A stretch of 64,000 bases of DNA from Camelus ferus (Eukaryota). Positions within the stretch are counted from its first letter, which is position 1. Each line of letters starts with the position of its first letter. The DNA lies in assembly GCF_009834535.1 (NCBI RefSeq), contig NC_045696.1, positions 83,640,001 through 83,704,000 of the forward strand. Direction: 5' to 3'. Below the pieces are notes generated by a model, which had not been told where the DNA came from, did not search any database, and saw nothing but the letters and a program-made list of their open reading frames with translations. Both the position numbers and the translations under genes were made by a program. Shown here piece by piece: positions 63,511 through 64,000 of the stretch.

Positions 63511-64000
63511 CAGTCAGTTTCCAAGGCTCCTTCACCCTGGAACTAAAATGAAGTTTTGACAGTATGTATTCACAAAACAGAGTTTCTGACTTTGCCTCCT
63601 TGGAGTGGAGAATATTCCCAGAGAGACTCACCTGGACTTGAGAACTGGTCTCCTTGGAGTCCTCTTGCCACCCCGTGCCTCCTCCCATCTCTGTGTCCAT
63701 GGAAGGTGCCGATGGCTGCTCATGCTGCCACTTCCTGCTTCACCTCTGTAGCTTTCCACTGTCAGCCTCCTGTTTACCTTGTTCCTTTCTTGGTCTCACG
63801 TGCCCTGGAGGGTGGAGGCAGCTCCATGGGATTGAGCCCCAGGCTACTGAGAGCGATGATCACTGTGGGGAACTTGGCTTCACCACCCTTTCCATCTCTC
63901 CCTGGCACATTGTCCTTGGTCCAAAATTAGGGGCATGGGCTCTGTCCTTTACCTTAGGGTAATTTTTTCTTCAGACCCCTCTGCCTCCCAAGGTGTAGAC

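Larger units (their letters stand above)
51722..64000 (+). other. GOLIM4: GOLIM4 intron 1 (partial; continues beyond window)
   Basis: Begins with GT; the expected continuation (VVYEHRSRLEKSLQ..., from recall) was not seen downstream. Confidence 0.8.

Noticed and set aside
1..64000. Prokaryote-type systems (CRISPR arrays, operons, defence islands)
   Set aside because: Sequence is clearly mammalian; no regularly spaced repeat-spacer array or operon-like gene density

Overview
Mammalian genomic DNA, most likely camelid (two copies of a tRNA-derived Vic-1-like SINE and artiodactyl-type L1 3' ends). The only recognisable host gene is GOLIM4 (Golgi integral membrane protein 4, + strand): its CpG-island promoter (~50240-51900), first coding exon (51535-51721, GT donor at 51722) and the first ~12 kb of intron 1; exon 2 was not found in the window. 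The upstream ~50 kb is intergenic and dominated by transposon fossils: L1, L2, L3/CR1, MIR, MaLR (MLT1), an ERVL provirus with MLT2 LTR and decayed gag/pro/pol, hAT MITEs and a Tigger. Nearly all other ORFs in the track are chance or transposon-derived. I found no convincing novel multi-gene system. The most interesting signals are a decayed Ty3/Gypsy-like reverse transcriptase at the left edge, three uATGs before the GOLIM4 start (one reads the (GGC)8 repeat as poly-Ala), and several structurally odd L1 insertions. Repeat family names come from recalled consensus sequences, not a database search, and repeat boundaries are approximate.
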